Origin: a virus
Taxonomy: Duplodnaviria > Caudoviricetes
Virus record (IMG/VR): IMGVR_UViG_3300005439_000017
Coordinates: 20,020 to 84,019 of that record
DNA length: 64,000 nt
Strand: one strand, 5' to 3'
Under the pieces are notes generated by a model. The model saw only the letters and a program-made list of their open reading frames with translations. It searched no databases and had not been told where the DNA came from. Below are positions 38,628 to 48,359 of this stretch, in pieces. A program made the position numbers and the translations under genes. Each line of letters starts with the position of its first letter. The stretch's first letter is position 1.

Positions 38628-40991
38628 TTATTTACTTTTGGGTTTTGGTTTATTTCTCGCAGCTATCTTTTTAATCTCTACTTCCTTTTCTTTCATCTTC
38701 TTCTCATGATTAACTTTATCTCTTTCAAGATTCAGATAGTCTTTATCAAGATTTTGATTAGCTCTGGATTCTTCCCTTTGAATATTTAGCTTCTCTCTTT
38801 CTATTTGAAACTTATTGGCTATTTCCTGAGAATTATCAGGCGTAGATTCCTCTTTAGACAATTCAGCAATAGTTAATTTAGTCTCATTATCTCTAATATT
38901 ATTATCTATCTCTGTCTGTCTATCAGCCTCTTTATCTCTTATTTGAGCATCTGCAATCTCTTTCTGAGCTTGTAATTGTTGTTCCTGAAGCCTTTCTTCT
39001 CTCTCCTGTGCTCTCTTATCAGCAGCTTGGAGTTGTTGTTTCACTTTAGCTATAGAATCTGTAGAAAGGATATTGGCAATGTCTGTCAGTGTTACAGCTC
39101 CTGCTTGTAAAGCTGCCTGAGCAAGTTGTTTAAGTGTATCTAGTGATTGTTGATCTTTAGAGCTATTTGATATAAATATGCCAAATTCAGAATCAGCAAA
39201 TTGATCTCCGTCTATACTAAAGAATATCCTATTAAGATCATCAGTAACGTATTGAGCTTTCTTACCATCTTTCCAAGCAACCTTAGCTGCTTCCAGCAAA
39301 TTAGTTAAAACTCTTCTTTTAACCTCAGAGTGTATATAAAACATGGGTTCGGTAATGTGAGAACTCTGAACAACAGATCTTTCAACATTACCAACCAGTT
39401 CGCTTGAACTTACTTCTCCCTGCCTTTGTCTAGATACTCCACTAATCTCACCAATCATATCTTCGATCTTATTTAACATAAGAACATATTGATTAATGAT
39501 ATTGGCCAATGACATATCTATTGACTGAAAATTATTAAAAGAAGAAGATTTACCTGCAAATTTACCAGTACCTTCTTCAAACGAATTGATGAACGCAACA
39601 CCTAAAGTATCAAGATAATACATCCACTTCTCAGTATCTATACCCAAAGATCTTGGTATTTGTGCTATATCCATCAACATGATCTTGTCTTTAGATTTAG
39701 CCAACGATAACTCCAAACGATACATCATCACATCATAGAAGTATTGATGAGGTTTCATCACAGACACGAGTGCCTGATGCCTCCAAACACCTGTATAAGG
39801 CAATTTCCTCCTAGAAGGATTATCTAAAGACATATTCTGATATGGAACAGGTCTGACGTTAACAAATATATCTGCACCTATTCTGGTACCTTCCCAAGTC
39901 TCATTAACCCATTTCCATTCTATAGATTCGCCAAGATCTTTGTTTGGTTTATAGGTCTCGTCTACTATGGTCTCTTCTTGTTCTCCTGTTTCAGGATTCT
40001 GAAATGTAAGAAATCCAACTTTTCTCAATCCTTGCCAACATACATGTACTACCCTTATTAGTGAGTTATTATTAAGAATATAAGAATCATTCATAAAGGG
40101 ATCAGCATAACTAATTGGTACACCAAGATTAGTGTCCACAATAGTTACGTAATTTTGCCCATTTTTAATTGATTCTATCCTATCTATATCCTCTTCAGAC
40201 AAATCATCATAGAATTGATCATATACGTCCGAGGGTGTCATAAAACGCTGATAATAGCAATACTGAGCATCTTCTATGTATGAAATATCATTAGACATCT
40301 CGGCATAGAAATGCCTTGGATCAACCAGATAAGCATCTGGGTCACCATTCCTAATACCTGTATAGTATATTTCATTACCTGTTGTTAAATACCCCTTAAA
40401 TCCCTTATTAAACAGAGTTTTAACATCACAATACCAAGTAAGATAGTCTAGAGCTTGTTGCCCTAAAATCTCTCTCATATCGGAATAAGAAGTTTCTATG
40501 AACTTATCTATCTGCTCTATAGTCATCGGTTGCTCTGGAGCCTCTTCTGGAGGAATCATACCAGCTGCAAATAGTTCTTGCTTGAGTATATCTGTAAGAG
40601 TCTTTAGTACTAGCTCTTGCTTCTTCTGCTCTGCTATAGTAACAGAATCTGAGTTTAGCGCGACTACTTTATAGTTAAATGGCCTCTTTATCTCTTCTCC
40701 TACTAACAGGTCTACTTTAGGCTTTATAATATTATAATTCTGTAGAGTGGCTGGGAACTGAGCATTCTTTAATCCATATGGATTTGTAACATAATGTAGA
40801 TCTCTTTCGTTTATATGACCATTATAAAGATCTATATTATTCTGTATTTCCGGATAGTCCAAAGTACCTGTCATGGATGTATAGCCAGTAAGGTTCAGAA
40901 TGCTATTTATAACACTTCTTCCCCATTCCTTTAGCGATCCATATTCAGATTCTTTCTGAGAATCAGTCAACCTTTGATTAGGTATAATCAT
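38628..40991 (-). CDS. Portal protein
   Basis: 787 aa with NYNIIKPKVDLLVGEEIKRP, ISGVSRQRQG and VERSVVQSSHITE motifs. Confidence 0.9.
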   Translation of the reverse strand: MIIPNQRLTDSQKESEYGSLKEWGRSVINSILNLTGYTSMTGTLDYPEIQNNIDLYNGHINERDLHYVTNPYGLKNAQFPATLQNYNIIKPKVDLLVGEEIKRPFNYKVVALNSDSVTIAEQKKQELVLKTLTDILKQELFAAGMIPPEEAPEQPMTIEQIDKFIETSYSDMREILGQQALDYLTWYCDVKTLFNKGFKGYLTTGNEIYYTGIRNGDPDAYLVDPRHFYAEMSNDISYIEDAQYCYYQRFMTPSDVYDQFYDDLSEEDIDRIESIKNGQNYVTIVDTNLGVPISYADPFMNDSYILNNNSLIRVVHVCWQGLRKVGFLTFQNPETGEQEETIVDETYKPNKDLGESIEWKWVNETWEGTRIGADIFVNVRPVPYQNMSLDNPSRRKLPYTGVWRHQALVSVMKPHQYFYDVMMYRLELSLAKSKDKIMLMDIAQIPRSLGIDTEKWMYYLDTLGVAFINSFEEGTGKFAGKSSSFNNFQSIDMSLANIINQYVLMLNKIEDMIGEISGVSRQRQGEVSSSELVGNVERSVVQSSHITEPMFYIHSEVKRRVLTNLLEAAKVAWKDGKKAQYVTDDLNRIFFSIDGDQFADSEFGIFISNSSKDQQSLDTLKQLAQAALQAGAVTLTDIANILSTDSIAKVKQQLQAADKRAQEREERLQEQQLQAQKEIADAQIRDKEADRQTEIDNNIRDNETKLTIAELSKEESTPDNSQEIANKFQIEREKLNIQREESRANQNLDKDYLNLERDKVNHEKKMKEKEVEIKKIAARNKPKPKSK

Positions 40992-41011
40992 TCATAACAA
41001 ATTAATTTTTA

Positions 41012-41042
41012 CAAATATACAAATTTTTCTTGTATTTTACAA
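41012..41042 (-). promoter_or_regulatory. Bacteroidota primary-sigma promoter upstream of portal
   Basis: TTG-N20-TATATTTG. Confidence 0.75.
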
Positions 41043-44000
41043 TTGATTTCTTTGGAATAGTTCCTTTTGAAAGAATTTATCTTCTAAAAGATAGTTCTTC
41101 TTTACAAGTTCTTGTTCCATTTCCATCTTCAACTCTTTTCTGTATAGAATCGCCAATAAAAAGGCTATAACAGCATCAAAGTTCCCTTCATCATTATAAC
41201 TTATCAATTGTTTTATAAGAAATTCATCGTATAGTTTATTTAAGTTCAATAGCTCTCCTTGCTCTTCAACAAGCCAATCGTAACCCCATAACTCACACTG
41301 AGTTTTTATGGCTGGTACCATATGTGTACCTTTTGGCCTCTTTACTGAACTATTCTTTATAATTTTATCTAGAATATCTGGCTGATCCTTTAGGAGGTAA
41401 GATTGACCTCTTTCTTCAAAATACCATTCTAGTCCTCTCTTTTCGTTCTCATATAGACAAACTGCATTGTAATATAAGCACATTCTTCTGACAATCTCAT
41501 AGAATTCTTTGGCCTTTTCAGGTCTACCATGATAGGTAGCTACTGGCAAATCATATACTTCTCCAGCATTTATTAAAGTTTTCCATACTATACAACTTCC
41601 TACAGATTGTGAATTGTTTGCCTCGTCTTGATCGTAAGGATCACAAGTGGCAAAATATTCCCCATAATCAGATTGATTTGGCTTACTAGGGTGTTCATAA
41701 ATTATTACTGCTCCTTCTTTATCAAGACCAAATTCATCCTTCTTAAAAGGCCAATCTAATGGCTTCTTTCTCGGGTCGGGTACAAATTCTACTGTACCAT
41801 CTTGTTTCAGATCGAATCTGCCAATATCTTTAAGATACTTAAGTTCTTTCTTGGCTTCTATTTTTGCTAACTGTCTTGCAAGTAATGCTGCAGGGAATTT
41901 ATTACCCTTACTAAGAACAAAGGCTTCTTGAGGTGTCCAAGCGTTCTGAGATACAAAGTTATCATAATCGCTCCTCCTTCTTACCCCCTTAAGTTTCTTT
42001 TCTCGTTCCTTTAAGTCTGATTCTTTTGCTATCTCAATCAAAGAATTACCATACTTGTCTATGTAGGGAGGTTTAGCAAGATAATTAGGAATAAATAATC
42101 CGCTTTTAGTACCTGATTTACCTTCATCCCAAATATTATCAAACTCTAAGAGATCGTAAGCTCTAGGATTATAATACATTTCTGCAAAGTCCTGAGTACC
42201 TCCTTCAATATCTCCTCCAGTTCCAAAGATAATAGGAGTACCCCTCATTATATCTCCATCTTTCCAAGTTGGTTGCGAGAATGTATATGCTCTTATTAGG
42301 TTTGGCATCTTTCCAGCTTCTTCCCATAGAAATAAACTGGTTGCTTTACCAATAGCTTTAAAAGCATCATCTTTAAATGTTATCTTATGAATTTCTGATT
42401 TATAGCCTGACCATACTTCAGTACCATTTACTGTTTGCTTAAATTGAGCTTTCATAAAATCCCTTCTATCAGGATTCCTTTGTCTTCCCCATGCAGTATG
42501 TTTATTCAAGAAATCTAAATCTTCAATAATCATACCTATAGTATTGTCAGCCAAACCATCTAAGTATGCTCCAACAACAGATATTGATTCTCTAATAAGA
42601 TTAAATTCATTGGCTACCAGCCAAGCATTCTTAAACGAATTATGTGTGGGAATAAAATCTTTTGTAAGGTATACATGGTCTTTGGAGTCTATTAATATAC
42701 AAGCTGATTTTTCCTTATAGTCTAGTTTATTGATTTCCACTATAGCTGTATACTTGTTTATATTTTTTTCTCTAACTCTATCCGATTTTCTAGGAAGCTT
42801 AAACAGATTTTCATTAGACCTTATATAAACTCTGTACGCACCATTGCTTTTTAGCTTCCTATCAAAAGTACAATTTATACCTAGACTTCTGACTACAAAA
42901 CAAAAATCCTCAGCCAATCTTAAAGAACAAGTAGAGAAATCTATATTTCCATATTTATTTATAGATCCGTCAGTATCTAACAACCCCTTTATCAAGTCAT
43001 ATCTATCGTTTATAGAAGAATATTTATATATATCTGGTATAAACTTGGTTTCCCCTTTACAGTCAAGTTGTAGTCTCTTTATTTCTTCTTTTAAAGGATT
43101 TATTTTGTAGCCTCTGTGGGGCTTGTTATATTTAATATGTAGCATGGGATGATGGACATTATAATACACTATCCTGTAATTACAGGTTGTTTCATCATGT
43201 ACTAAAGTATACTCATCGCCCAGCCTGTCTTGAATAGCATCTAATATTTCCTGATCGGCCGATGCTATCTTCAAAGCCCTATTAATAGTACCATCTCCTA
43301 TTAAAAGCCCTAAAACATAAGGATCTATTGGAAGACTAGTAGACGAGTTTTCATATTCTACTTTATCTATTTGTCTAACATGGTACTTATACTCTCTATT
43401 TTTACCTTTGTTTATTTCTCTTGTGAGATTGCCATTTATTAACTGTTCGGTGGTAAGAATCTTCTTATATTTTTTCCCCCTCCCTTTACACCAAACCTCC
43501 CACAAATGATCTTTTCCACACTTTACTATTCTCCCGTCTAAGAACTTAATTTCATAGACATCTTTCTCTCCCTGCTCAAACTTTTCAAGAACTTTGGCCT
43601 TTCCATTAGGAGTTAACACAAAATCCCCCTCCTTTATCTCTCCCATTGTAGAGGGTCCAGTTGGAGTCATGACACATTCGGAGTACGGCTGTTCAAAACC
43701 TTTCCTTCTAGCCTTTGCTACTATAAGCCCTTTATTCTGCCTTTTAGCCTCATTAAGAGCCCAAAAGAACTGATAATCCATATCATAGAAGGTGGGGAAA
43801 TCTATAAAGTTTCTCTTTCTACCATCAGGTAGCTCTTCTACTTTCAGTATCCTTGAAAAGTTCAGATAGCCATAGTGCTCTCCTGTAATCTTAACTCCAC
43901 TGATTTCGTAACCCTCAATCCTTCTCCTCTTCTGTTCATCCCAATAATTAATATAATCTTTAGTCCCTTTAGGAAACTTACAATAGTATCCATACTTCCT

Positions 44001-44090
44001 GAAGCGATCTGCTTCTTCACAAAATAAACTGGTATCTATCCCTTCTAATTCTGGTATAAACGTCATATTATCTGGAGTTAAATATTTCAT
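41037..44090 (-). CDS. terL: Terminase large subunit with intein in the Walker A motif
   Basis: KARRKGF|intein|SFKNA, LWEEAG Walker B, nuclease TCDPYDQD and FDAVIAF motifs. Confidence 0.92.
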   Translation of the reverse strand: MKYLTPDNMTFIPELEGIDTSLFCEEADRFRKYGYYCKFPKGTKDYINYWDEQKRRRIEGYEISGVKITGEHYGYLNFSRILKVEELPDGRKRNFIDFPTFYDMDYQFFWALNEAKRQNKGLIVAKARRKGFEQPYSECVMTPTGPSTMGEIKEGDFVLTPNGKAKVLEKFEQGEKDVYEIKFLDGRIVKCGKDHLWEVWCKGRGKKYKKILTTEQLINGNLTREINKGKNREYKYHVRQIDKVEYENSSTSLPIDPYVLGLLIGDGTINRALKIASADQEILDAIQDRLGDEYTLVHDETTCNYRIVYYNVHHPMLHIKYNKPHRGYKINPLKEEIKRLQLDCKGETKFIPDIYKYSSINDRYDLIKGLLDTDGSINKYGNIDFSTCSLRLAEDFCFVVRSLGINCTFDRKLKSNGAYRVYIRSNENLFKLPRKSDRVREKNINKYTAIVEINKLDYKEKSACILIDSKDHVYLTKDFIPTHNSFKNAWLVANEFNLIRESISVVGAYLDGLADNTIGMIIEDLDFLNKHTAWGRQRNPDRRDFMKAQFKQTVNGTEVWSGYKSEIHKITFKDDAFKAIGKATSLFLWEEAGKMPNLIRAYTFSQPTWKDGDIMRGTPIIFGTGGDIEGGTQDFAEMYYNPRAYDLLEFDNIWDEGKSGTKSGLFIPNYLAKPPYIDKYGNSLIEIAKESDLKEREKKLKGVRRRSDYDNFVSQNAWTPQEAFVLSKGNKFPAALLARQLAKIEAKKELKYLKDIGRFDLKQDGTVEFVPDPRKKPLDWPFKKDEFGLDKEGAVIIYEHPSKPNQSDYGEYFATCDPYDQDEANNSQSVGSCIVWKTLINAGEVYDLPVATYHGRPEKAKEFYEIVRRMCLYYNAVCLYENEKRGLEWYFEERGQSYLLKDQPDILDKIIKNSSVKRPKGTHMVPAIKTQCELWGYDWLVEEQGELLNLNKLYDEFLIKQLISYNDEGNFDAVIAFLLAILYRKELKMEMEQELVKKNYLLEDKFFQKELFQRNQL
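42639..43694 (-). mobile_element. Class-3 intein with LAGLIDADG homing endonuclease (352 aa; TerL residues 133-484)
   Basis: N-terminus EQPYSE, block B DHLW, block F ACILID, block G PTHN/S, and LAGLIDADG motifs LGLLIGDG and IKGLLDTDG. Confidence 0.88.
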
Positions 44091-44457
44091 ACACCTTCTT
44101 AAAGATATAATCTACAAGATAGGCATATGGTTCATCATTATTAGGATCTATAGAGTAATCTATCTTATTAACTATTCTATTTGCTGTATGTATACACTCA
44201 TGTACTATTGTTGGTACATCAGAGTCAGGATTAAGGTATAAAAATATAGTTCCTGGTACTACTGTGGGTTTATAAACAATGAAAGCTAGCACTTCATTAA
44301 AGTCTTCTCTACTAGGCGCAGGTAAATTATAAGACTCATTTAAAGATTTCATATCTTCATAAAAATCCTTCACTACTCTTACTTCTATAGACATTGGATA
44401 GATACCCAAATCTATTACTCCTGTTGTCACTAAATTTCCTGTTTGTTTCCTAGCCAT
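44068..44457 (-). CDS. Small zincin-like metallopeptidase
   Basis: PTIVHECIH...NDEPYAYL motif. Confidence 0.7.
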   Translation of the reverse strand: MARKQTGNLVTTGVIDLGIYPMSIEVRVVKDFYEDMKSLNESYNLPAPSREDFNEVLAFIVYKPTVVPGTIFLYLNPDSDVPTIVHECIHTANRIVNKIDYSIDPNNDEPYAYLVDYIFKKVYEIFNSR

Positions 44458-44478
44458 TAACTATACCTAATTCTTTAA

Positions 44479-45021
44479 TTAAACCTCATCATAACTTACA
44501 TCTCTATTACCTCTTGTTCTCTTCTGCTCTAATTTCTCTTTAGCAGCAGCTTCTTCTAGCTGTTTTACTGATACTACTATCTTTCCTAGTTTCTCTAGTT
44601 GAGACATTCCTTCAAGGGCTTTATCAACCCTCTTTCCCATCTTATCTATCTTGGTAAAATCCACTGTTAAGAAATACTTTCTCAGTTTATCTATAAGAAC
44701 ATAAGCATCTTCTATAAGACCCATTATAGGAGTCTTTGTTAGTCTCTCATATCTGTCAAGTGCTGCTTCTATAATTGCATCTTGCTTCCAGTTCTTCTCT
44801 TTTATATAATCATTCTTGACTATATTCTTCCTCTCTTCTATATCAATATAAACACGATAAGGACTATTCCAGTCCTTAACAAAATATATGTACTCGAATT
44901 CAGAAAAAGCCTTCTCCTTAACCTTTGTTTTATCTCTATCATAAATAGCCTTAAACTCAGGAATAAGGAGAATTTCTGTATCTATTATTATTTTATTATT
45001 TTCTAGTTGGAATAATTTCAT
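44479..45021 (-). CDS. Conserved crAss-like protein upstream of TerL (possible small terminase)
   Basis: LLIPEFKAIYDRDK...YIYFVKDWNSPY motif and position. Confidence 0.5.
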   Translation of the reverse strand: MKLFQLENNKIIIDTEILLIPEFKAIYDRDKTKVKEKAFSEFEYIYFVKDWNSPYRVYIDIEERKNIVKNDYIKEKNWKQDAIIEAALDRYERLTKTPIMGLIEDAYVLIDKLRKYFLTVDFTKIDKMGKRVDKALEGMSQLEKLGKIVVSVKQLEEAAAKEKLEQKRTRGNRDVSYDEV

Positions 45022-45377
45022 TGCTTTATTTTACATCTTATATTGCCGCCTTCCAATTCTTCTTCTAGGCTTAAAGGACTATCAAAGTCGGAAATAAAAT
45101 AGGTAACTGTTATTCCACTTTCTATATCTTTTATAGTTCTAATACTTTCTTCATAGTCTCTTGGTTTCCACCACACTTTCATAGGAAGCCACTCATAATA
45201 TGTTTCTGATCTATTTCTATCAACCTCTTCTTGAATTTGCTCCTTAGATTTACTAAAATCCATTATAAACCAACTACTTCCCCCACGCTTAATTCTTCGC
45301 TCAAACTCAAATCCCTGAACGAATTCGTGTATCATTGGTATCCTATAGCTATCTTCTAAATCCTCTAATTTCAACAT
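45018..45377 (-). CDS. Hypothetical protein
   Basis: 119-aa ORF overlapping its neighbours in the operon direction. Confidence 0.55.
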   Translation of the reverse strand: MLKLEDLEDSYRIPMIHEFVQGFEFERRIKRGGSSWFIMDFSKSKEQIQEEVDRNRSETYYEWLPMKVWWKPRDYEESIRTIKDIESGITVTYFISDFDSPLSLEEELEGGNIRCKIKQ

Positions 45378-45651
45378 GGTTTGTTCTATTTTTATTTAAA
45401 ATAATCTTATTAATATCATTAAAACTGTGATCTACAATTATATCTCCTTTTGAGACATGATTAATTATACACTTAGTTTTGTACGGATCACCATTAGTTT
45501 TAAATGTAAAATCAATGAACTGAATATCATTCAGATCACATGTAAAATTAACTTTTATCTTTTTAGTAAAATATTGAGGATTATCTTCAGTGCTATTCTT
45601 CATCTCCTTCATCAATGTCCTCGTTGTCTTGAATGTGAATGGTCTGTCCAT
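45349..45651 (-). CDS. Hypothetical protein
   Basis: 100-aa ORF in the operon direction. The start may lie further downstream. Confidence 0.5.
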   Translation of the reverse strand: MDRPFTFKTTRTLMKEMKNSTEDNPQYFTKKIKVNFTCDLNDIQFIDFTFKTNGDPYKTKCIINHVSKGDIIVDHSFNDINKIILNKNRTNHVEIRGFRR

Positions 45652-45853
45652 CTAATTTTCTTCTCTTTAAGGATTCTTGTCTTTTTGTTCTCACTAGAAA
45701 TTTACCAAGGTTTGGAAACATTATTCCTTTCAGTTCACCAGCCTCCATAGTATTCCTGAACATTTTAAAATGTGATCTCATAACTCTGTCTACTATATAA
45801 ACAGGTAAGTTAAGATCTCTTGCTATTTGCTCAGATACCTCTTTAAATAACAT
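45593..45853 (-). CDS. HU/IHF-like DNA-binding protein
   Basis: EQIARDLNLP...GIMFPNLGKFLV motif. Confidence 0.7.
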   Translation of the reverse strand: MLFKEVSEQIARDLNLPVYIVDRVMRSHFKMFRNTMEAGELKGIMFPNLGKFLVRTKRQESLKRRKLDGQTIHIQDNEDIDEGDEE

Positions 45854-46112
45854 CTATTTGATTCTTTAGAACAGCTGGATCACCAACAGATAAATCTTGT
45901 AAAAACTTCTTAAACTCACTATAAGAGGTAAAATCAAGGTGTACTACTGACTTAACTATAGTTTGATCTGTTCCTGAATAGTCTAAGTAGAATATTACTG
46001 TTTTACCTGGTCTTAGTGATAAATATTCTTCTGGAGTTATTAAATAACTTAACTCTCCGTCTGGTTTCTTATCAAATCCTAAATTTACTAATTGCTTTCT
46101 TGTGATACCCAT
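45843..46112 (-). CDS. Hypothetical protein
   Basis: 89-aa coupled ORF. Confidence 0.55.
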   Translation of the reverse strand: MGITRKQLVNLGFDKKPDGELSYLITPEEYLSLRPGKTVIFYLDYSGTDQTIVKSVVHLDFTSYSEFKKFLQDLSVGDPAVLKNQIDVI

Positions 46113-46279
46113 AACTTAAAATGAATTTCAAATGCTTTCTTTCCTATTACTAATTCTGTTTCAAATCTAACCCCACTCTTTCTATAAGCTATTTCCATAC
46201 TTATCATTTCCTCGATAGCTTCATTAAAATCATACAGAACTATCTTAATTCCCTTGTATTTTGATTGTGAATTGTACAT
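46088..46279 (-). CDS. Hypothetical protein
   Basis: 63-aa coupled ORF. Confidence 0.45.
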   Translation of the reverse strand: MYNSQSKYKGIKIVLYDFNEAIEEMISMEIAYRKSGVRFETELVIGKKAFEIHFKLWVSQESN

Positions 46280-46610
46280 TTGCTTGTTGCTTAGTGATAA
46301 ATATCTTAGGATTAATACTATAATGATTATTAAAGAATAACAGAGCTTTCTTATCTTTTAGGGATTTAATATAGTTATTTAAATTCTGTTCAGATATATT
46401 TAACTTCTCTTTTATAATCTTTCTATTCTCTGAAGAGAATACTAGTCTGTCTATGTAGATTTTGTCCAGATTAACTTGAGAAAGATCATTTCTAATCTCC
46501 ATAAACTGAGCAAGGACAGCAATTTCTGTCCTCGTCAATTTAAGAATACCATTAAGTATTTGTAAATATACCTGATAAAAATTGTCTTTCTTTACTGGTA
46601 CTATAAACAT
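46245..46610 (-). CDS. Winged-HTH protein (RepL/MarR-like)
   Basis: LTRTEIAVL...KEKLNISEQNLNNYIKSLKDKK...YSINP pattern. Confidence 0.65.
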   Translation of the reverse strand: MFIVPVKKDNFYQVYLQILNGILKLTRTEIAVLAQFMEIRNDLSQVNLDKIYIDRLVFSSENRKIIKEKLNISEQNLNNYIKSLKDKKALLFFNNHYSINPKIFITKQQANVQFTIKIQGN

Positions 46611-46612
46611 AA

Positions 46613-46978
46613 TTAGCTTTTGTATTTACCTACTAGATTAAATCTTTGTAAAACAATATAATCTTTATCGTTAATTTGGATAACTGGAGGGGAGGGTTTG
46701 AATATTACCATATCGCCTCTTTGATACCTATCCTTTAGATTATCTCCAACTGCTACAAGAATAGCTTTAGGGGCTTTATCTTTTTGAACTGACTCTGGAA
46801 TGATAATTCCACTCTTTGTCTTCTCTGTAACAGGGATAAATTCTCCCAACAATAGATCATCCTCAAGTACGAAATTTACATCATCTAGCGTCTCTGGAGC
46901 TTCAAATAAAGGTACTTCTGTTTTAACAATTTGACCATTACTGTCAACTCCTAGTTTTGTTTCTGTTTTTTTTGTCAT
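46613..46978 (-). CDS. groES: GroES-like co-chaperonin
   Basis: EKTKSGIIIPE mobile loop, AILVAVG and GDMVIF motifs. Confidence 0.85.
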   Translation of the reverse strand: MTKKTETKLGVDSNGQIVKTEVPLFEAPETLDDVNFVLEDDLLLGEFIPVTEKTKSGIIIPESVQKDKAPKAILVAVGDNLKDRYQRGDMVIFKPSPPVIQINDKDYIVLQRFNLVGKYKS

Positions 46979-46982
46979 AATA

Positions 46983-47408
46983 TTATTTAGAATAAGTATA
47001 TTCTTCAGCTTCTACTAAGCTATCTTCTCCCCTACCTATTGAATCAATAAACACTGAATCTATATTATATAGTCTCGTATAATTATCTTCCGCAGGGTGA
47101 TTCACACTAACATCATAAAGTACTTTTGATTCTGTGAAATGTACTTTAATTACTTTACAATTTTTAATCCTACCATTACCATAGAACTCTAGCTCAACAG
47201 AGTCTCCTATTTGAAATCTAGAGGGTAGCAATCTAAGGGGATCATTACCTGTCAGGAATTTCCAATCTGCGAGATCTGAATAAGATACGCAATGATCTCT
47301 TTGTGTTTCTTCTGGATATGCTCTATTCCATTTCTCTGCAGCTACAGCCTTCTTAGCCATCCAATTTCCAAACGATACCAGCATGGTATCTATTGATTGC
47401 TTTTTCAT
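46983..47408 (-). CDS. Hypothetical protein with SH3/KOW-like C-terminal part
   Basis: SRFQIGDSVEL...KVIKVHFTESKVLYDV. Confidence 0.55.
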   Translation of the reverse strand: MKKQSIDTMLVSFGNWMAKKAVAAEKWNRAYPEETQRDHCVSYSDLADWKFLTGNDPLRLLPSRFQIGDSVELEFYGNGRIKNCKVIKVHFTESKVLYDVSVNHPAEDNYTRLYNIDSVFIDSIGRGEDSLVEAEEYTYSK

Positions 47409-47451
47409 TTATTTTGTGTTCAGCTTACTCTGTCCCCAGTTTAGTATTGTA

Positions 47452-47576
47452 AGTATTTTAATGTCTGTACTTGCCTCTTATTTCAACCAGAGAGGTTCTA
47501 ACCTTGCTTTTACCTGGCATAAACTCAGACGTCTTCGGTTGCGAAAGATGAATTTACGGTTCACGTTTAAAATACC
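47452..47576 (-). ncRNA. Candidate structured RNA directly 3' of tRNA-fMet
   Basis: Closing helix GGTATTTTAA/TTAAAATACT encloses GTGAA/TTCAT, TTCG/CGAA, GTCTG/CAGAC and CCTCT/AGAGG stems. Confidence 0.4.
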
Positions 47577-47579
47577 AAT

Positions 47580-47656
47580 TGGTTGCGGAGGCTGGATTCG
47601 AACCAGCGCTTTCTGGGAAATGAACCCAGCGAGATGGGCCTCTTCTCTACTCCGCG
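47580..47656 (-). tRNA. trnfM: Initiator tRNA-fMet (CAT), CCA encoded
   Basis: C1:A72 mismatch, three G-C pairs in the anticodon stem and loop TTCATTT. Confidence 0.93.
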
Positions 47657-47666
47657 ATAATAATAT

Positions 47667-47795
47667 TTAGAGATTATTAATTAATCTGTAGATTTTAGTG
47701 TCTATCAAATCTGTCATTTCTTGATTACTATACCCATATTCCTGTTTAATCTCCAACAGGATATGTAATAGTTCTATTCTTTCATGTGATGTCAT
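47667..47795 (-). CDS. Small hypothetical protein (42 aa)
   Basis: MTSHERIELLHILLEIKQEYGYSNQEMTDLIDTKIYRLINNL. It starts 1 nt after the upstream stop and is below the track cutoff. Confidence 0.45.
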   Translation of the reverse strand: MTSHERIELLHILLEIKQEYGYSNQEMTDLIDTKIYRLINNL

Positions 47796-47796
47796 A

Positions 47797-48009
47797 CTAT
47801 CGTCTATTAAATTTTTCCTGCCTAATTTCTTCCTCAATTTCCTTTACAGTATCAATCAGACTATCTCCTCCTTCAAACTTCATTCCTATATTCTCCCAGT
47901 TATTAAATTTAATACCTTTTGGTAGATAGGCTACCCCATCTTTGGGGTTGGTATATTTCTTCAAAATTACCAATCTTTGTTCTCTGTTCATTTCTTCTTG
48001 AATAATCAT
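47797..48009 (-). CDS. Hypothetical protein (near-leaderless)
   Basis: ATG at 48009 lies 3 nt after the promoter TTTG. Confidence 0.55.
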   Translation of the reverse strand: MIIQEEMNREQRLVILKKYTNPKDGVAYLPKGIKFNNWENIGMKFEGGDSLIDTVKEIEEEIRQEKFNRR

Positions 48010-48012
48010 ATA

Positions 48013-48044
48013 CAAATATAATACTTTTAATTATATTTTCCAAA
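48013..48044 (-). promoter_or_regulatory. Bacteroidota primary-sigma promoter
   Basis: TTTG-N20-TATATTTG. Confidence 0.8.
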
Positions 48045-48053
48045 TTTATTTGG

Positions 48054-48347
48054 TTATTTATTTACTTCGTGTTCTTCGTACCAGTTTTGGCGAATTACTT
48101 GACCAAAAGCATCTGTTTCATATTTATTATCTGATAACACATATTTTTCCCGAATTTCCTCACACATTCCAACAAAATATTTAAATTCTCTACCTACGTC
48201 ACAAACCTCTGGTATTGTTGCAGTTACAAGAGCAAGTATATATTTATCTTTTACTTGAACCATAGTTGACATACTTAAATGTACTACATCATTATTTAGT
48301 AGATAGTACTTAGTATTTATATTTGGATACACTGATACTCTATACAT
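48054..48347 (-). CDS. Hypothetical protein
   Basis: 97-aa ORF after nrdJ. Confidence 0.5.
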   Translation of the reverse strand: MYRVSVYPNINTKYYLLNNDVVHLSMSTMVQVKDKYILALVTATIPEVCDVGREFKYFVGMCEEIREKYVLSDNKYETDAFGQVIRQNWYEEHEVNK

Positions 48348-48359
48348 AATTTTTATTTT

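Noticed and set aside
47495-47525. SRP-RNA-like CAGG...AGCA motif on the minus strand
   Set aside because: The helix-8 stem and GNRA loop between the motifs are missing.
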